From IMG/VR virus record IMGVR_UViG_2558860244_000005, positions 15,338 through 79,337 of that record: DNA of 64,000 bases, one strand, 5' to 3'. The notes under the pieces are model-generated. The model was not told the origin of the DNA. It ran no database searches and worked only from the letters and a program-made list of their open reading frames with translations. The translations under genes and the position numbers were made by a program. Shown in pieces: positions 8,424-18,313 of this stretch. This DNA comes from a virus (taxonomy: Duplodnaviria; Caudoviricetes). Every line of letters starts with the position of its first letter. Positions within the stretch are counted from its first letter, which is position 1.

Positions 8424-8438
8424 CCAAGGATCCTGTTC

Positions 8439-9611
8439 ATGGCCTTCAAGCACGGCATTACCCTCACCGAGATCAGCGACGGCGCCCGAACGCTCACCGC
8501 AGTCTCCACTTCCATCATCGGCCTGGTCGCCACCGGCGCCGACGCCGATGCCACCACGTTCCCGCTCGACACCCCCGCGCTCGTCACCGACATCGAGACG
8601 GCGATCGGCAAGGCGGGCACGGACGGCACGCTGGCCAAGTCCCTGCGCGCTATCGCCGACCAGACCCGTGCGGTTGTTGTTGTCGTGCGCGTCGAGGAAG
8701 GCGTGGACGCGGCCGAAACCGCCAGCAATGTCATCGGCACCACGACGCCCGAGGGCAAGAAGACGGGCATGCAGGCCCTGCTCGATGCGAAGTCGCATGT
8801 GGGCGTGAAGCCCAAGATCCTGGGCACCCCCGGCCTCGAAACGCAGGCGGTGACCAGCGCCCTCGTCGTTATCGCCAAGAAGCTGCGCGGCTTTGCCTAC
8901 GCCCGCGTCGTCGCCGATACCGTGGCCGAAGCGTCGCTCTACCGCGCCAACTTCTCCGCGCGCGAACTGATGCTGCTGATGCCGGACTTCCTGCTGTTCG
9001 ACACCGCAACCAGCACCAACGTCACCGGCTACGCCGCCGCCTATGCCATGGGCCTGCGGGCGCTGATCGACACCCAGACCGGCCCACACAAGACGCTCTC
9101 GAACATCGCCGTCAGCGGCGTCGTCGGCGTCAGCCAGCCCATCCGCTGGGATATCGAGGATGACACCAGCGAGGCCAACCTCCTCAACGCTTCCGAGGTC
9201 ACTGCGCTGGTCCGCACCGATGACGGCTTCCGGTTCTGGGGCAACCGCACCTGCTCGGACGATCCGCTGTTCGCGTTCGAAAGCACGGTGCGCGTCGCCC
9301 AGCTGCTCGCCGACACGGTGGTCGCGGGCATGCTCTGGGCCATCGACAAGCCGCTGAACCCGGCGCTCGCCAAGGATATCGTCGAGACCGTCAACGGCTT
9401 CGGCCGCCAGCTGAAGACGCAGGGCATCGTGCTCGGCTTCAACGCCAAGTACGACGAGGCGAACAACAGCACCGCCAGCCTCAAGGCGGGCAAGCTGCGC
9501 ATCGACTATGACTACACGGTGCCGCCGCCGCTCGAAGACCTCGGCTTCAACCAGCGCATCACCGACAGCTACTTCGCGGACTTCGCGAACCAGCTGGCCG
9601 AAGCGGCCTGA
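8439..9611 (+). CDS. FI: Tail sheath protein
   Basis: FKHGITLTEI N-terminus, GFRFWGNRTC, PPLEDL. Confidence 0.95.
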   Translation: MAFKHGITLTEISDGARTLTAVSTSIIGLVATGADADATTFPLDTPALVTDIETAIGKAGTDGTLAKSLRAIADQTRAVVVVVRVEEGVDAAETASNVIGTTTPEGKKTGMQALLDAKSHVGVKPKILGTPGLETQAVTSALVVIAKKLRGFAYARVVADTVAEASLYRANFSARELMLLMPDFLLFDTATSTNVTGYAAAYAMGLRALIDTQTGPHKTLSNIAVSGVVGVSQPIRWDIEDDTSEANLLNASEVTALVRTDDGFRFWGNRTCSDDPLFAFESTVRVAQLLADTVVAGMLWAIDKPLNPALAKDIVETVNGFGRQLKTQGIVLGFNAKYDEANNSTASLKAGKLRIDYDYTVPPPLEDLGFNQRITDSYFADFANQLAEAA

Positions 9612-9650
9612 TCCGGCCGCCCTTCCCCAAATCGATCATAGGAGCCAGCC

Positions 9651-10163
9651 ATGGGATTCCCCCGCGTCCTCAAGGATCAGATGCTGTTCAACGAAGGCAA
9701 TGACTACCAGGGCGATGCCAAGACGGTCGGCCTGCCCAACCTCACCCGCAAGATGGAGGAGTATCGCGGCGCCGGTATGAGCGGCGCCGTTTCTCTCGAT
9801 ATGGGCCAGGAGGCCATGGAGGCTTCCATGACCTTCGCCGGGCCGATGCGCGACATCATCCGCCAGTACGGCACGCCCACGGTGGACGGCGTCTACATGC
9901 GCTTCGCCGGGAACTACCAGCGCGACGACACCGCTGAAATCGACACCGTCGAAGTGATCCTGCGCGGCCGGTTCTCGGAGATTGAGTTCGGCGATCAGGA
10001 AACCGGCGAGGTCGGCGACTTCAAGGCCACCATGGCCGTCGCTTACTACAAGCTGGTCTGGAATGGCCGCACCGAGATCGAGATCGACCCGATCAACATG
10101 GTCGAAGTCGTCAACGGCATCGACCTGCTCGCCGCGCGCCGCAACGCCCTCGGCATGTTCTGA
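9651..10163 (+). CDS. FII: Major tail tube protein
   Basis: LPNLTRKMEEYRGAGM...YYKL...EIDPINM. Confidence 0.95.
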   Translation: MGFPRVLKDQMLFNEGNDYQGDAKTVGLPNLTRKMEEYRGAGMSGAVSLDMGQEAMEASMTFAGPMRDIIRQYGTPTVDGVYMRFAGNYQRDDTAEIDTVEVILRGRFSEIEFGDQETGEVGDFKATMAVAYYKLVWNGRTEIEIDPINMVEVVNGIDLLAARRNALGMF

Positions 10164-10234
10164 TCCCTTGGCCCGGCCACACGCCGGGCCGCCTCCCCTT
10201 CCCCGCCGAACTATTCTGACATCGGAGATCCACA

Positions 10235-10585
10235 ATGACCCGTACCAAGGCAAATCTGGCCGCATCGACCGCGATCGCCACCGCCGCTACCCCGGAAGTT
10301 CGCACCGTCACGCTCGACGCACCGTTCACGCGCGGCGAAACCAAGATTGAGACCGTGCTTGTCCGCAAGCCCAAGTCCGGCTCGCTGCGCGGCCTCTCGC
10401 TGTCGGGCCTCCTCAACCTCGAATACGGCGCGCTGGAAACGCTGCTGCCGCGCATCACCGATCCAATGCTGTCGAAGCAGGATATCGCCAACCTCGATCC
10501 CGCCGACCTCACCCAGCTGGGCAGCGAGGTCATGGATTTTTTGCTGCCGAAGGGCGCGAAGCAGGATCTCTCCCAGCGGACGTAA
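10235..10585 (+). CDS. E: Tail assembly chaperone gpE
   Basis: VRKPKSGSLRGLSL...LLPRIT...LDPADL; slippery TTTTTTG near the 3' end. Confidence 0.9.
   Translation: MTRTKANLAASTAIATAATPEVRTVTLDAPFTRGETKIETVLVRKPKSGSLRGLSLSGLLNLEYGALETLLPRITDPMLSKQDIANLDPADLTQLGSEVMDFLLPKGAKQDLSQRT
10537..10543 (+). other. Programmed -1 frameshift site TTTTTTG (gpE to gpE+E')
   Basis: Same heptamer as P2 E; the -1 frame is open into E'. Confidence 0.85.
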
Positions 10586-10593
10586 CCGACGCC

Positions 10594-10734
10594 ATGGCTG
10601 ACATCGCCAGCGTCTTCAGCTGGCCGCCGTCCGAGATGGACGGGTGGCCGATTGCCGAACTGATGATCTGGCGCGCGAAAGCCGAAAAGCGCGCCGGGTC
10701 TGCCGGCACCTCACCGAAGCACGGGAAACGATAA
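10594..10734 (+). CDS. gpE' (C-terminal part of the E+E' fusion; not in ORF track)
   Basis: MADIASVFSWPPSEMDGWPIAELMIWRAKA matches the P2 GpE' pattern. Confidence 0.85.
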   Translation: MADIASVFSWPPSEMDGWPIAELMIWRAKAEKRAGSAGTSPKHGKR

Positions 10735-13257
10735 GTGTCTGACAGGAATCTGCGCATCCGGGTGCTCATGGAAGGCGCCGACCGGCTCACCCGGCCGATG
10801 CGGGACGCTGCCTCCGGTTCGTCCCGGCTTGCGCAGACCCTGAAGGCCACCCGCGACCAGCTGAAAGGCCTGCAGCGCGCGCAGGCCGACGTCGGCGAGT
10901 TCCGCCAGCTGAAACAGGGCATGCGCGAAAGCGAACGGGCCATGCAGCAGGCCCGCGCCCGTGCCACCGAACTCGGCCGCGCCATGGCGGCAACGACCAA
11001 TCCCACCCGCGCCATGCGCAGCGAGTTCGACCGCGCGCGCCGCGAAGCCGAGCGCCTGACCGCGCAGCATCGCCAGCACGAATCCCGTCTCAGCGAGGTC
11101 CGCAGCCGTCTCGCGGCTGCCGGAGTCTCGATCCGCAATCTTGCTTCGGAAGAGCGCCGCCTGCGCAGTGAGATCGAGCGGTCGAACGATAGCCTGCGCA
11201 ATCAGGACCGCCGCCTTCAGGAGGTATCGGACCGCGAACGCCGTTTCTCCGCTGCCCGCTCGCGCTTTGCGCAGGTGCAGGGTTCGGCGGCCGGTCTCGC
11301 TGCTGGCGGCGCCGCCGCGATCGGCACCGGCATGGTCATTGCGCGGCCGCTGGAAGGCGCCGCGCAGGACGCCATGGAATTCGAGTCGGTGATGACCGAC
11401 ATCAACCAGAAGGTGAACCAGAGCCGCGAGGCCGGACGGCTAATGGGTCTCGACCTGCGCCGGGCAGCGCTGGCGGTCAACCAGCTGCCCTCCGATCTGC
11501 AGAAGGGCGTGGACACGCTCACCGGCTTTGGCCTCGGCGCGCAGCAGGCCGTGGACATGATGACGCCGATCGGCCGCGCGGCCACCGCGTACAAGGCGGA
11601 AATCGACGACCTCGGCCGCGCGACCTTCGCCTCCTACGACAACCTCAAGGTGCCGATCGCGCAGACCGGCAAGGCGCTCGACGTGATGGCCCAGGCGGGC
11701 AAGAGCGGCGCCTTCGAGGTCAAGGACATGGCGCAGTACTTCCCCGAACTGACCGCCAGCATGCAGAGCCTCGGCTCCAAGGGTATCCCGGCCGTCGCGG
11801 ACCTCGCCGCCGCGCTCCAGATCACGCGTAAGGGCGCGGGCGATTCCGCCGGTGCCGCGACCAACCTTCAGAACCTGCTCTCCAAGATCAACGCCGGGGA
11901 CACGATCAAGAACTTCAAGAAGTTCGGCATCGACATCCCCGCCGCGATGAAGAAGGCCGCCAAGGAAGGGCGCAGCCCGATCGAGGAGATCGTGCGGCTG
12001 ACCCAGAAGGCTACCGGCGGCGACCAGGCCAAGCTATCCAGCCTGTTCGGCGACATGCAAGTGCAGCAGGCCCTGCGTCCGCTCATGTCGGCGTTTCAGG
12101 AGTACCAGAGCATCCGCGCCGAGGCGCTCGGCGCGGACGGCACGGTGAACACCGACTTCGCCGACCGCATGCTCGACAGCGCGGAGAAGGTGAAGCGGCT
12201 GCGAATTCAGGCGAAGGATCTCTCAACCACCGTGGGCGATCAGCTGCTGCCCATGATCGCCTCGGCATCGGACTACATGTCGTCATGGGCGGGCCGCATC
12301 GCCGACTTCGCGAAACGGCACCCTCAGCTGACCCGCGCCCTTGCCTTCGCCACTGCGCTGTTCGCCGGGCTGTTCCTGATCATGGGCGGCGGCGCCATCA
12401 TCCTCGCCGGGCTTGTCGCCCCGTTCGCTGTCCTGTCGGCCGCCGCCACGGCGCTTGGCATCGGCATGCTGCCGCTGATCGGCATCGTCGCCGGTATCGT
12501 GCTGGGCATCGGCCTGCTCGCGGCGGCGGGATACCTGATCTACGAGAACTGGGGCGCGATCACGACGTGGTTCAGCGGTATCTGGACCGAGATCCAAGGC
12601 TATTTCAACGGCGGCATCGCGGGGATTTCCGCCATGCTGGTCAATTTCTCACCGATGGGCCTGCTCTATGCTGGCTTCGCGGCGCTGATGAACTGGCTGG
12701 GTATTTCCATGCCGTCGCGGCTGTCGCAGGCGGGCAGCGACCTGATGCAAGGTCTCATCAACGGCATCACCGGCCGACTTTCCGCGCTAAAATCGACTAT
12801 CGTCGGCGCCGCCAACTCTGCGGTCAGCTGGTTCAAGCAGGTGCTTGGCATCCACTCTCCGTCGCGCGTCTTCGCCAGTCTCGGCGGCTTCGTCATGGCT
12901 GGCCTAGACGAAGGGCTGGCCAATAGCACGGCAGGCCCACTGCAACGCGTCGGGGATCTTGGAAGCCGAATGGCAAGCGCCTTCTCGGCCGATGGGCTGG
13001 TACCGCGCCTCAACGCCATGCCCGGACAGATGGCGGGCGCGCTTGCTGCGGGCGCCGCCGGAACCGCCTTAGCCGCGACCCCGACAGCGGCGCAGACCGG
13101 CGCAGCTGGCACAGCGCCGACGCCCGTCTCCATCACCTACAGTATCAAGATCGAAGTCACCGGCGGCGCGCAGGGCGGGGACATTGCCGACGAGGTCCGC
13201 AAGGCGATCGAGCAGATCGAGCGCGACCGGCGCGGACGCGGCTTCGGCGACGACTGA
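10735..13257 (+). CDS. T: Tape measure protein
   Basis: N-terminal coiled coil, TP901-type core, hydrophobic C-terminal part, IHSPSRVF motif. Confidence 0.95.
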   Translation: MSDRNLRIRVLMEGADRLTRPMRDAASGSSRLAQTLKATRDQLKGLQRAQADVGEFRQLKQGMRESERAMQQARARATELGRAMAATTNPTRAMRSEFDRARREAERLTAQHRQHESRLSEVRSRLAAAGVSIRNLASEERRLRSEIERSNDSLRNQDRRLQEVSDRERRFSAARSRFAQVQGSAAGLAAGGAAAIGTGMVIARPLEGAAQDAMEFESVMTDINQKVNQSREAGRLMGLDLRRAALAVNQLPSDLQKGVDTLTGFGLGAQQAVDMMTPIGRAATAYKAEIDDLGRATFASYDNLKVPIAQTGKALDVMAQAGKSGAFEVKDMAQYFPELTASMQSLGSKGIPAVADLAAALQITRKGAGDSAGAATNLQNLLSKINAGDTIKNFKKFGIDIPAAMKKAAKEGRSPIEEIVRLTQKATGGDQAKLSSLFGDMQVQQALRPLMSAFQEYQSIRAEALGADGTVNTDFADRMLDSAEKVKRLRIQAKDLSTTVGDQLLPMIASASDYMSSWAGRIADFAKRHPQLTRALAFATALFAGLFLIMGGGAIILAGLVAPFAVLSAAATALGIGMLPLIGIVAGIVLGIGLLAAAGYLIYENWGAITTWFSGIWTEIQGYFNGGIAGISAMLVNFSPMGLLYAGFAALMNWLGISMPSRLSQAGSDLMQGLINGITGRLSALKSTIVGAANSAVSWFKQVLGIHSPSRVFASLGGFVMAGLDEGLANSTAGPLQRVGDLGSRMASAFSADGLVPRLNAMPGQMAGALAAGAAGTALAATPTAAQTGAAGTAPTPVSITYSIKIEVTGGAQGGDIADEVRKAIEQIERDRRGRGFGDD

Positions 13258-13268
13258 GGAATCACACC

Positions 13269-13682
13269 ATGCATCTGCTCGCCCTTGGCATGTTTCTGTT
13301 CGAGATCGGTACGCTCGGCCCCGACGAATTGCAGCGCAAGACCGACTGGCGCCACGCCCGCTCGGGCCGCGTCGGCGCGCGCGACGCCACGCAGTTCGTC
13401 GGCCCCGGCGATGAAACGATCAGCCTTTCCGGGGCGGTCTACACCGAGATCGCGGACGGCCGTGTGTCGCTCGACGAACTGCGCGAAATGGCGGACGCAG
13501 GCGAAGCGCTGCCGCTCATTAGCGGCAACGGCACCGTGTTCGGCAACTACGTCATCACCGCGATCGACGAGCGCCATGCGGTACTGATGGCGGACGGCAC
13601 CCCCCGCCGAATTGACTTCGGCATCGACCTTCTCCGCGTAGATGATCCCGCGCCAACCAATTCCACGGAAGCCGCGGCATGA
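13269..13682 (+). CDS. U: Tail protein gpU
   Basis: LALGMFLF...LQRKTDWRH...QFVGPGDETISLSG. Confidence 0.9.
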   Translation: MHLLALGMFLFEIGTLGPDELQRKTDWRHARSGRVGARDATQFVGPGDETISLSGAVYTEIADGRVSLDELREMADAGEALPLISGNGTVFGNYVITAIDERHAVLMADGTPRRIDFGIDLLRVDDPAPTNSTEAAA

Positions 13683-14689
13683 GCAAAGCCATCAACAACA
13701 TGGCCGACTGGCGCGTGACGCTGGACGGCAAGGACCTCTCCAACCGGATCAATCCGCGCCTGGTCTCGCTCACCCTGTCGGAGAAGCGCGGCGACGAGGC
13801 CGACCAGCTGGACATCGTGCTCAGCGACACGGACGGCATGCTCGCCATCCCCAAGGAAGGCGCCGTGCTCAAGCTGCAGCTGGGTTGGAAGCAGGGCCGC
13901 GACGTGACAGTGGGCCTGATCGACAAGGGCAGTTTCAAGGTGGACGACGTCCGGCACAGCGGCCCGCCCGATCAGATCACGATCCGGGCGCGCGCGGCCG
14001 ACTTCACCAGCGCCATTCGCAACCGCCGGTCGCAGTCGTGGAAGAAGACGACGCTCGGCGCTGTACTGCGCGATGTCGCTGGACGGAATGGCTTGGCCGC
14101 GCGCATCACCGCCTCGCTCGCCTCGATCGCGCTACCGTCGATCAGCCAGAGCCGCGAGAGCGATATCGCCTTCCTTCGCCGCCTCGGCCGCGAGCACGAT
14201 GCGGTCGCGACCATTAAAGACAAGAACCTGATCTTCGCGCCGAAGGGCGCCGGGCAGACCAGCACCGGCAAGGCCCTGCCCACCCTCTCGATCACCAAGG
14301 CCAGTGGCGATGGCCACAACTGGCAGCGCCAGAAGCGCGACGGTCAGGCGGGCGTTACCGCCTCTTGGCACGACAAGAAGGCCGCGAAGCGCAAGACCTT
14401 CACCGTGGGCAAGGAAGATGGCGCGAAGAAAATTCGGAAGGTCTACCCGGACGAGGCGTCGGCCAAGCGCGCCGCCGTCGCCGAGCGCGACCGCCTGAAG
14501 CGCGCACCAGCCACTTTCGATATTCGCCTCGCGCTGGGGCGGCCCGACGCGTTCCCCGAAGCCCGCGTCAGCGCATCAGGCTTCAAGGAGGAAATCGATG
14601 CTACGACGTGGCTGATTTCAGAAGTGACCCACCGCCTGGATAATCGGGGTGGGTTCACGAGCGATCTCAGGATGGAAACTGCGCCCTAG
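13679..14689 (+). CDS. D: Late control / baseplate hub protein gpD
   Basis: RLVSLTLSEKRGDEADQLDI, QSRESDIAFLRRL. Confidence 0.92.
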   Translation: MSKAINNMADWRVTLDGKDLSNRINPRLVSLTLSEKRGDEADQLDIVLSDTDGMLAIPKEGAVLKLQLGWKQGRDVTVGLIDKGSFKVDDVRHSGPPDQITIRARAADFTSAIRNRRSQSWKKTTLGAVLRDVAGRNGLAARITASLASIALPSISQSRESDIAFLRRLGREHDAVATIKDKNLIFAPKGAGQTSTGKALPTLSITKASGDGHNWQRQKRDGQAGVTASWHDKKAAKRKTFTVGKEDGAKKIRKVYPDEASAKRAAVAERDRLKRAPATFDIRLALGRPDAFPEARVSASGFKEEIDATTWLISEVTHRLDNRGGFTSDLRMETAP

Positions 14690-15399
14690 TCGGCGTCGAG
14701 ATCCTCAGATTTTGCGCCTAGGGCCATTATTTCTCCGACTAGACCGGTCGCGCAGACAATTGTACCAGTTTGCACTAGGCTTGCCGCCTCTTTCAGTTCT
14801 GCAAGCGCGCTGATTTTGCCGTCGCTATCCAGCGCGGCCTTCATCTTTTTTGCGGCAGACCATTTTTGCACATAGGCGTTCTCGCATACTTCACGGGTCT
14901 TAGTGAGTTTGTCGAACGAGGCTTTTCCAACACTCACAGGAACCTTAACTTCCCTGATGCCAGAAGGCGTCTTCAAGCAAGCTGTCTCCATTTCATTCGC
15001 TGCACTGAACAGGTTGACCAGATCTCCGGCCTTGCTTGCCTCAGCTACGCCCGCCCCCGCACGATCGCAGGGGCCAATCACCTGCATGATCCCGCGATAG
15101 AAGGCGATCGCATCGGCCTTTGCTGATGCCGTAGGCCTATCGGGTACTTCTGGAGCAGGCTCTCCCTTCCCCGCGATGTACGTGCATGTGCCAAGTGCGA
15201 GGACGAGGAGCAGGCACCCAATCCCTCCATACTTGGCGCCCTTCTTCGCATCTGCTTTCGCGAGCGAGATTTCTTCAGGCGTAAACTCCGTTCCGCAATG
15301 CTTGCAGAGAGACGCGTCCACTTTGATCGTCTCTTTACACTTAGGACAGATCCGTTGCCCTAGTTTCGTACCCTTTGCCAATGTAATCCCCCTGCTCAT
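14686..15399 (-). CDS. Zinc-ribbon + single-TM + exported-domain protein (moron)
   Basis: CPKC...CKHC, hydrophobic GGIGCLLLVLALGTCTYIAG, Cys-containing C-terminal domain; AT-richer. Confidence 0.75.
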   Translation of the reverse strand: MSRGITLAKGTKLGQRICPKCKETIKVDASLCKHCGTEFTPEEISLAKADAKKGAKYGGIGCLLLVLALGTCTYIAGKGEPAPEVPDRPTASAKADAIAFYRGIMQVIGPCDRAGAGVAEASKAGDLVNLFSAANEMETACLKTPSGIREVKVPVSVGKASFDKLTKTREVCENAYVQKWSAAKKMKAALDSDGKISALAELKEAASLVQTGTIVCATGLVGEIMALGAKSEDLDAD

Positions 15400-15473
15400 A
15401 AATACTTGCGCTCGCCGTATCTAATGCCCGAAACAGCAGCGCTTAACCGGATTGTCGGTTAGAACTTCGATCT

Positions 15474-15890
15474 TCAGTCGTCCGGCCAGATTTCATCCGG
15501 ATAGAACGGCTGATCTTCATCTATAGGCGCGTCAGTCTGCTCGACAGCCTCTGCGAGCATTGCGCTTGTGAGATGCGGCTCTCGACCCTCGAACCCAATG
15601 CGGATCCACGCGCCGAAGTTCGCGCGACGTTGGAACACTGCACGGATCATTTCACCACCTAACTGCGGTGAAAATTGGCGCGCCCTCTCTGCGCTGATGT
15701 ACCCGATCTGGACCTCGCGACACGAAAAAACCGCGACCGCATTACGATCGTGTACGTTCGTGGGTTCGGGAACCAACGTCACCGGCTCGCCAGGATGGCA
15801 CAACAGAATTTCGAATTGGCGGTTAGAGCCATCAGCGTTCGGATGAGCGGCCCCTACAACCGCGAGCGACATCTCAGGAATCGAAGTCAT
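15474..15890 (-). CDS. Stand-alone HIRAN-domain protein
   Basis: VTLVPEPTNVHDRNAVAV...QIGYISA fits the HIRAN consensus. Confidence 0.8.
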   Translation of the reverse strand: MTSIPEMSLAVVGAAHPNADGSNRQFEILLCHPGEPVTLVPEPTNVHDRNAVAVFSCREVQIGYISAERARQFSPQLGGEMIRAVFQRRANFGAWIRIGFEGREPHLTSAMLAEAVEQTDAPIDEDQPFYPDEIWPDD

Positions 15891-15899
15891 GGTCGGCGG

Positions 15900-16562
15900 T
15901 CAGGTGCGGCGGAATACGCCAGCTACGCGGCCGATCACGGACACTTCGCCATCTGCAGCGACCTCCGGTGGAACCTGCGGATTATCGGCCATCAGCTTGT
16001 ACTTCCCATCCGGCAACACCCGGACGCGCTTGATCGTGCCAAGCCCGCCATAGTTCAGCGCCCAGATCCCTTCCTGCCGGTCGATGATCTGCTGAGACCG
16101 GTCAATCATAACGATGTCCCGGTCGTTGATGGTCGGGTACATGCTGTCCCCTTGGGGCTTCACGATCGATAGATGGGCCACGGCCGAATGGGTGAAGTTC
16201 CGTACCCAGTCTTCGGGAATCCACCGATCCACCCGCTCCATCACATTCTCATCGAGAAACCCCAGGCCCATGCCAATCGAGAGGTCAATCTCTTCGACCT
16301 TAACGAGCCCCATCTGCGCCGCGATCTCAGCTGGCGTCGGCGGTATAAACGCGTCTTCGCGGGGATCATCGATCTCGCCTGTCAAATAGGCAGGGGAGGT
16401 TTGCAGTACGCGAGCAATCTTGTGCAGATGTGAAGAATTTGCGGACTGCCCGGTAACGACCTTGCCGATCGTCTGCTGTGTCACACCAACCTCACGCGCT
16501 AAGGCAGACTGAGACATACCCAGTTCACGCATTCGTTCGGCAACACGGTCGCTTTTGATCAT
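15900..16562 (-). CDS. cI: CI-like repressor (HTH + S24 peptidase)
   Basis: MSQSALAREVGVTQQTIGK HTH; QGDSMYP and TIKRV catalytic Ser/Lys motifs. Confidence 0.95.
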   Translation of the reverse strand: MIKSDRVAERMRELGMSQSALAREVGVTQQTIGKVVTGQSANSSHLHKIARVLQTSPAYLTGEIDDPREDAFIPPTPAEIAAQMGLVKVEEIDLSIGMGLGFLDENVMERVDRWIPEDWVRNFTHSAVAHLSIVKPQGDSMYPTINDRDIVMIDRSQQIIDRQEGIWALNYGGLGTIKRVRVLPDGKYKLMADNPQVPPEVAADGEVSVIGRVAGVFRRT

Positions 16563-16570
16563 CCTGCGTA

Positions 16571-16638
16571 CCTACAACTTTGGTTATCGGCGAAAAGGTA
16601 ATTTGATGCGTTGACATGCCCACAACTCGGGTTGTAGG
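16571..16638. promoter_or_regulatory. cI/cro operators and Cro promoter of prophage 1
   Basis: CCTACAAC-TTTG-GTTATCGG and CCCACAAC-TCGG-GTTGTAGG flanking TTGACA (16611-16). Confidence 0.75.
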
Positions 16639-16646
16639 TAACCCGC

Positions 16647-16976
16647 ATGAAGCAGGATCTGACACCATTCGAAGCATTGGAGTTGGCAGTTGCCATTGCA
16701 GGCGGCCAGTCGGCAACCGCGCGCCTTTGCAAGGTATCTCAGGCTGCTGTGTGGAAATGGCTTCAGAGCGGCAAGCGTCTGCCCGCCGAGCAAGTGCTTG
16801 CGGTTTCATCGGCAACCGGCGTTTCGCCTCACTTACTTAGACCTGACATCTATCCGCTTTCGCTTGTCATTGAAGAACCAGACTACACTGAAGAGTGTGG
16901 GCCGGTTCTACCGACGCGAGTGGATCCTGTCGTTTGCGATCACCCGACGAAAACGCAACGGAAGGGCATCGCATGA
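16647..16976 (+). CDS. cro: Cro-like protein (YdaS type)
   Basis: GGQSATARLCKVSQAAVWKW...LRPDIYP; divergent from cI. Confidence 0.9.
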   Translation: MKQDLTPFEALELAVAIAGGQSATARLCKVSQAAVWKWLQSGKRLPAEQVLAVSSATGVSPHLLRPDIYPLSLVIEEPDYTEECGPVLPTRVDPVVCDHPTKTQRKGIA

Positions 16977-17461
16977 CGAAGCTGCGCGCCCCTCTGTCGT
17001 TCTCCCTCGCCATCACCACTGTCTGCGGCAAGATCGGTTGGGAAGCCGCTGCCAAGGTGACCGGGCGCTCTATTCGGACGGTTCGCCATTGGAGCGAAAG
17101 CGATCGGCACGGAACGCCGACGCTCGACCAAGCTATGGCCCTCGATCGCGCTTTCATCGAAGCGGGCGGCGATCATGGACCGATCCTTTCCTGCTACGCG
17201 CTGCAGCTGGACGTCGCGATGGTTGATGCCGTCGCCTGCCGCACCGCGCTGGCAGATGACGTCGCCCTATTTTCCCGCGAAGCTGGCGATGCCGTCGGCC
17301 GCTGCATTCAGGCCCTCGCGCCGGGCGCTTCGCCCGCGATGATACAGGCCGCCATTCTCGAAACCGAAGAAGCTGACGCGATCGTTCCGCGCCTTCTCGG
17401 TCGGTTGAAAGCACTTCTGCCCGGCAATGGCGCCGGGGCCGAAGCTAGGGGGCAAATCTAG
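16973..17461 (+). CDS. CII-like phage regulatory protein
   Basis: Follows cro via an ATGA overlap; helical HTH-like N-terminus. Confidence 0.55.
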   Translation: MTKLRAPLSFSLAITTVCGKIGWEAAAKVTGRSIRTVRHWSESDRHGTPTLDQAMALDRAFIEAGGDHGPILSCYALQLDVAMVDAVACRTALADDVALFSREAGDAVGRCIQALAPGASPAMIQAAILETEEADAIVPRLLGRLKALLPGNGAGAEARGQI

Positions 17462-17462
17462 C

Positions 17463-17759
17463 ATGTCACGTCACGCGAAACTTCCACACGTAACCTGCCC
17501 GGCTTGCGGCGGTCGCGCTTTTGCACGGTCTTCCGGCAAGTCGAGCGCGACCTTCCGGGAGGTCTATTACGACTGCCGGAATCCGGATGCCTGCGGGCTC
17601 CGGTTCGTCGTCGAGATGCAGGCCGTCCGCACGGTTCGGCCCAGCAGCTACCCGAACCCCCTGCACACCCTGCCGATGACGCAGTGGCGCCCGGCCGCGA
17701 ACGATCGCGCCGACAATGACAACGGCTCAGAGCCGGAAACCACCGCCGCCGGCACCTGA
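17463..17759 (+). CDS. ogr: Ogr/Delta-like zinc-finger late activator
   Basis: CPAC-GG-A--RSS...YYDCRNPDAC-G-RF. Confidence 0.9.
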   Translation: MSRHAKLPHVTCPACGGRAFARSSGKSSATFREVYYDCRNPDACGLRFVVEMQAVRTVRPSSYPNPLHTLPMTQWRPAANDRADNDNGSEPETTAAGT

Positions 17760-17868
17760 CCTAAAGGCCGCGCTGGCCTGACCTGACACTTCCGAATGCC
17801 TTCAGCCCGGCTCGCTTCCGGGAACGCCCCCGCTTTGCCTTTTTCCTGCACTCCACCGGAGCCATCCC

Positions 17869-18075
17869 ATGCTGCACATCCCGTCCAGCCAGTTCCGCAC
17901 CGTTCACGCTCCACAGCCCGCCCGACCGGACGTGAGGCGCTCCACTCTCGCCACCTGTCGCGATTTCTGGCGCACCGCGCCGCGCGGGGTTCGGAACGAC
18001 GTTCTGATCCTCACCGCCGTCACGCCGGTCCTGCTCGCCGCCTTCGCCCTCCTCTGGATCATGGTGCCAGCATGA
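17869..18075 (+). CDS. Small C-tail-anchored membrane protein
   Basis: GGAG RBS; C-terminal hydrophobic helix; similar to 56087-56281. Confidence 0.7.
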   Translation: MLHIPSSQFRTVHAPQPARPDVRRSTLATCRDFWRTAPRGVRNDVLILTAVTPVLLAAFALLWIMVPA

Positions 18076-18287
18076 GCGCGCGCGCCCCGTTCTTCATCGG
18101 TCAGTCGGTGATCATCTCGTCGCAGCGGTGGACCCCGAATGGCTGGGTGCCCGCCACCGAGTTCGGTCTCGTCCTCACCCCCAACGTCAGGCGTCACCAG
18201 CGCCGGGGCTTCGTCGAAGTCTGGCGCGGCAGCGGCAGGCTTCCCGAAGTCGAAGTTTACCCGCGCGACGCCGTGTCGCCCGCCTGA
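18072..18287 (+). CDS. Hypothetical protein (MSARAPFFIGQSV...)
   Basis: ATGA coupling to the previous ORF. Confidence 0.6.
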   Translation: MSARAPFFIGQSVIISSQRWTPNGWVPATEFGLVLTPNVRRHQRRGFVEVWRGSGRLPEVEVYPRDAVSPA

Positions 18288-18313
18288 TCCCTGCTGAAAG
18301 TCCAGAATTCCCC

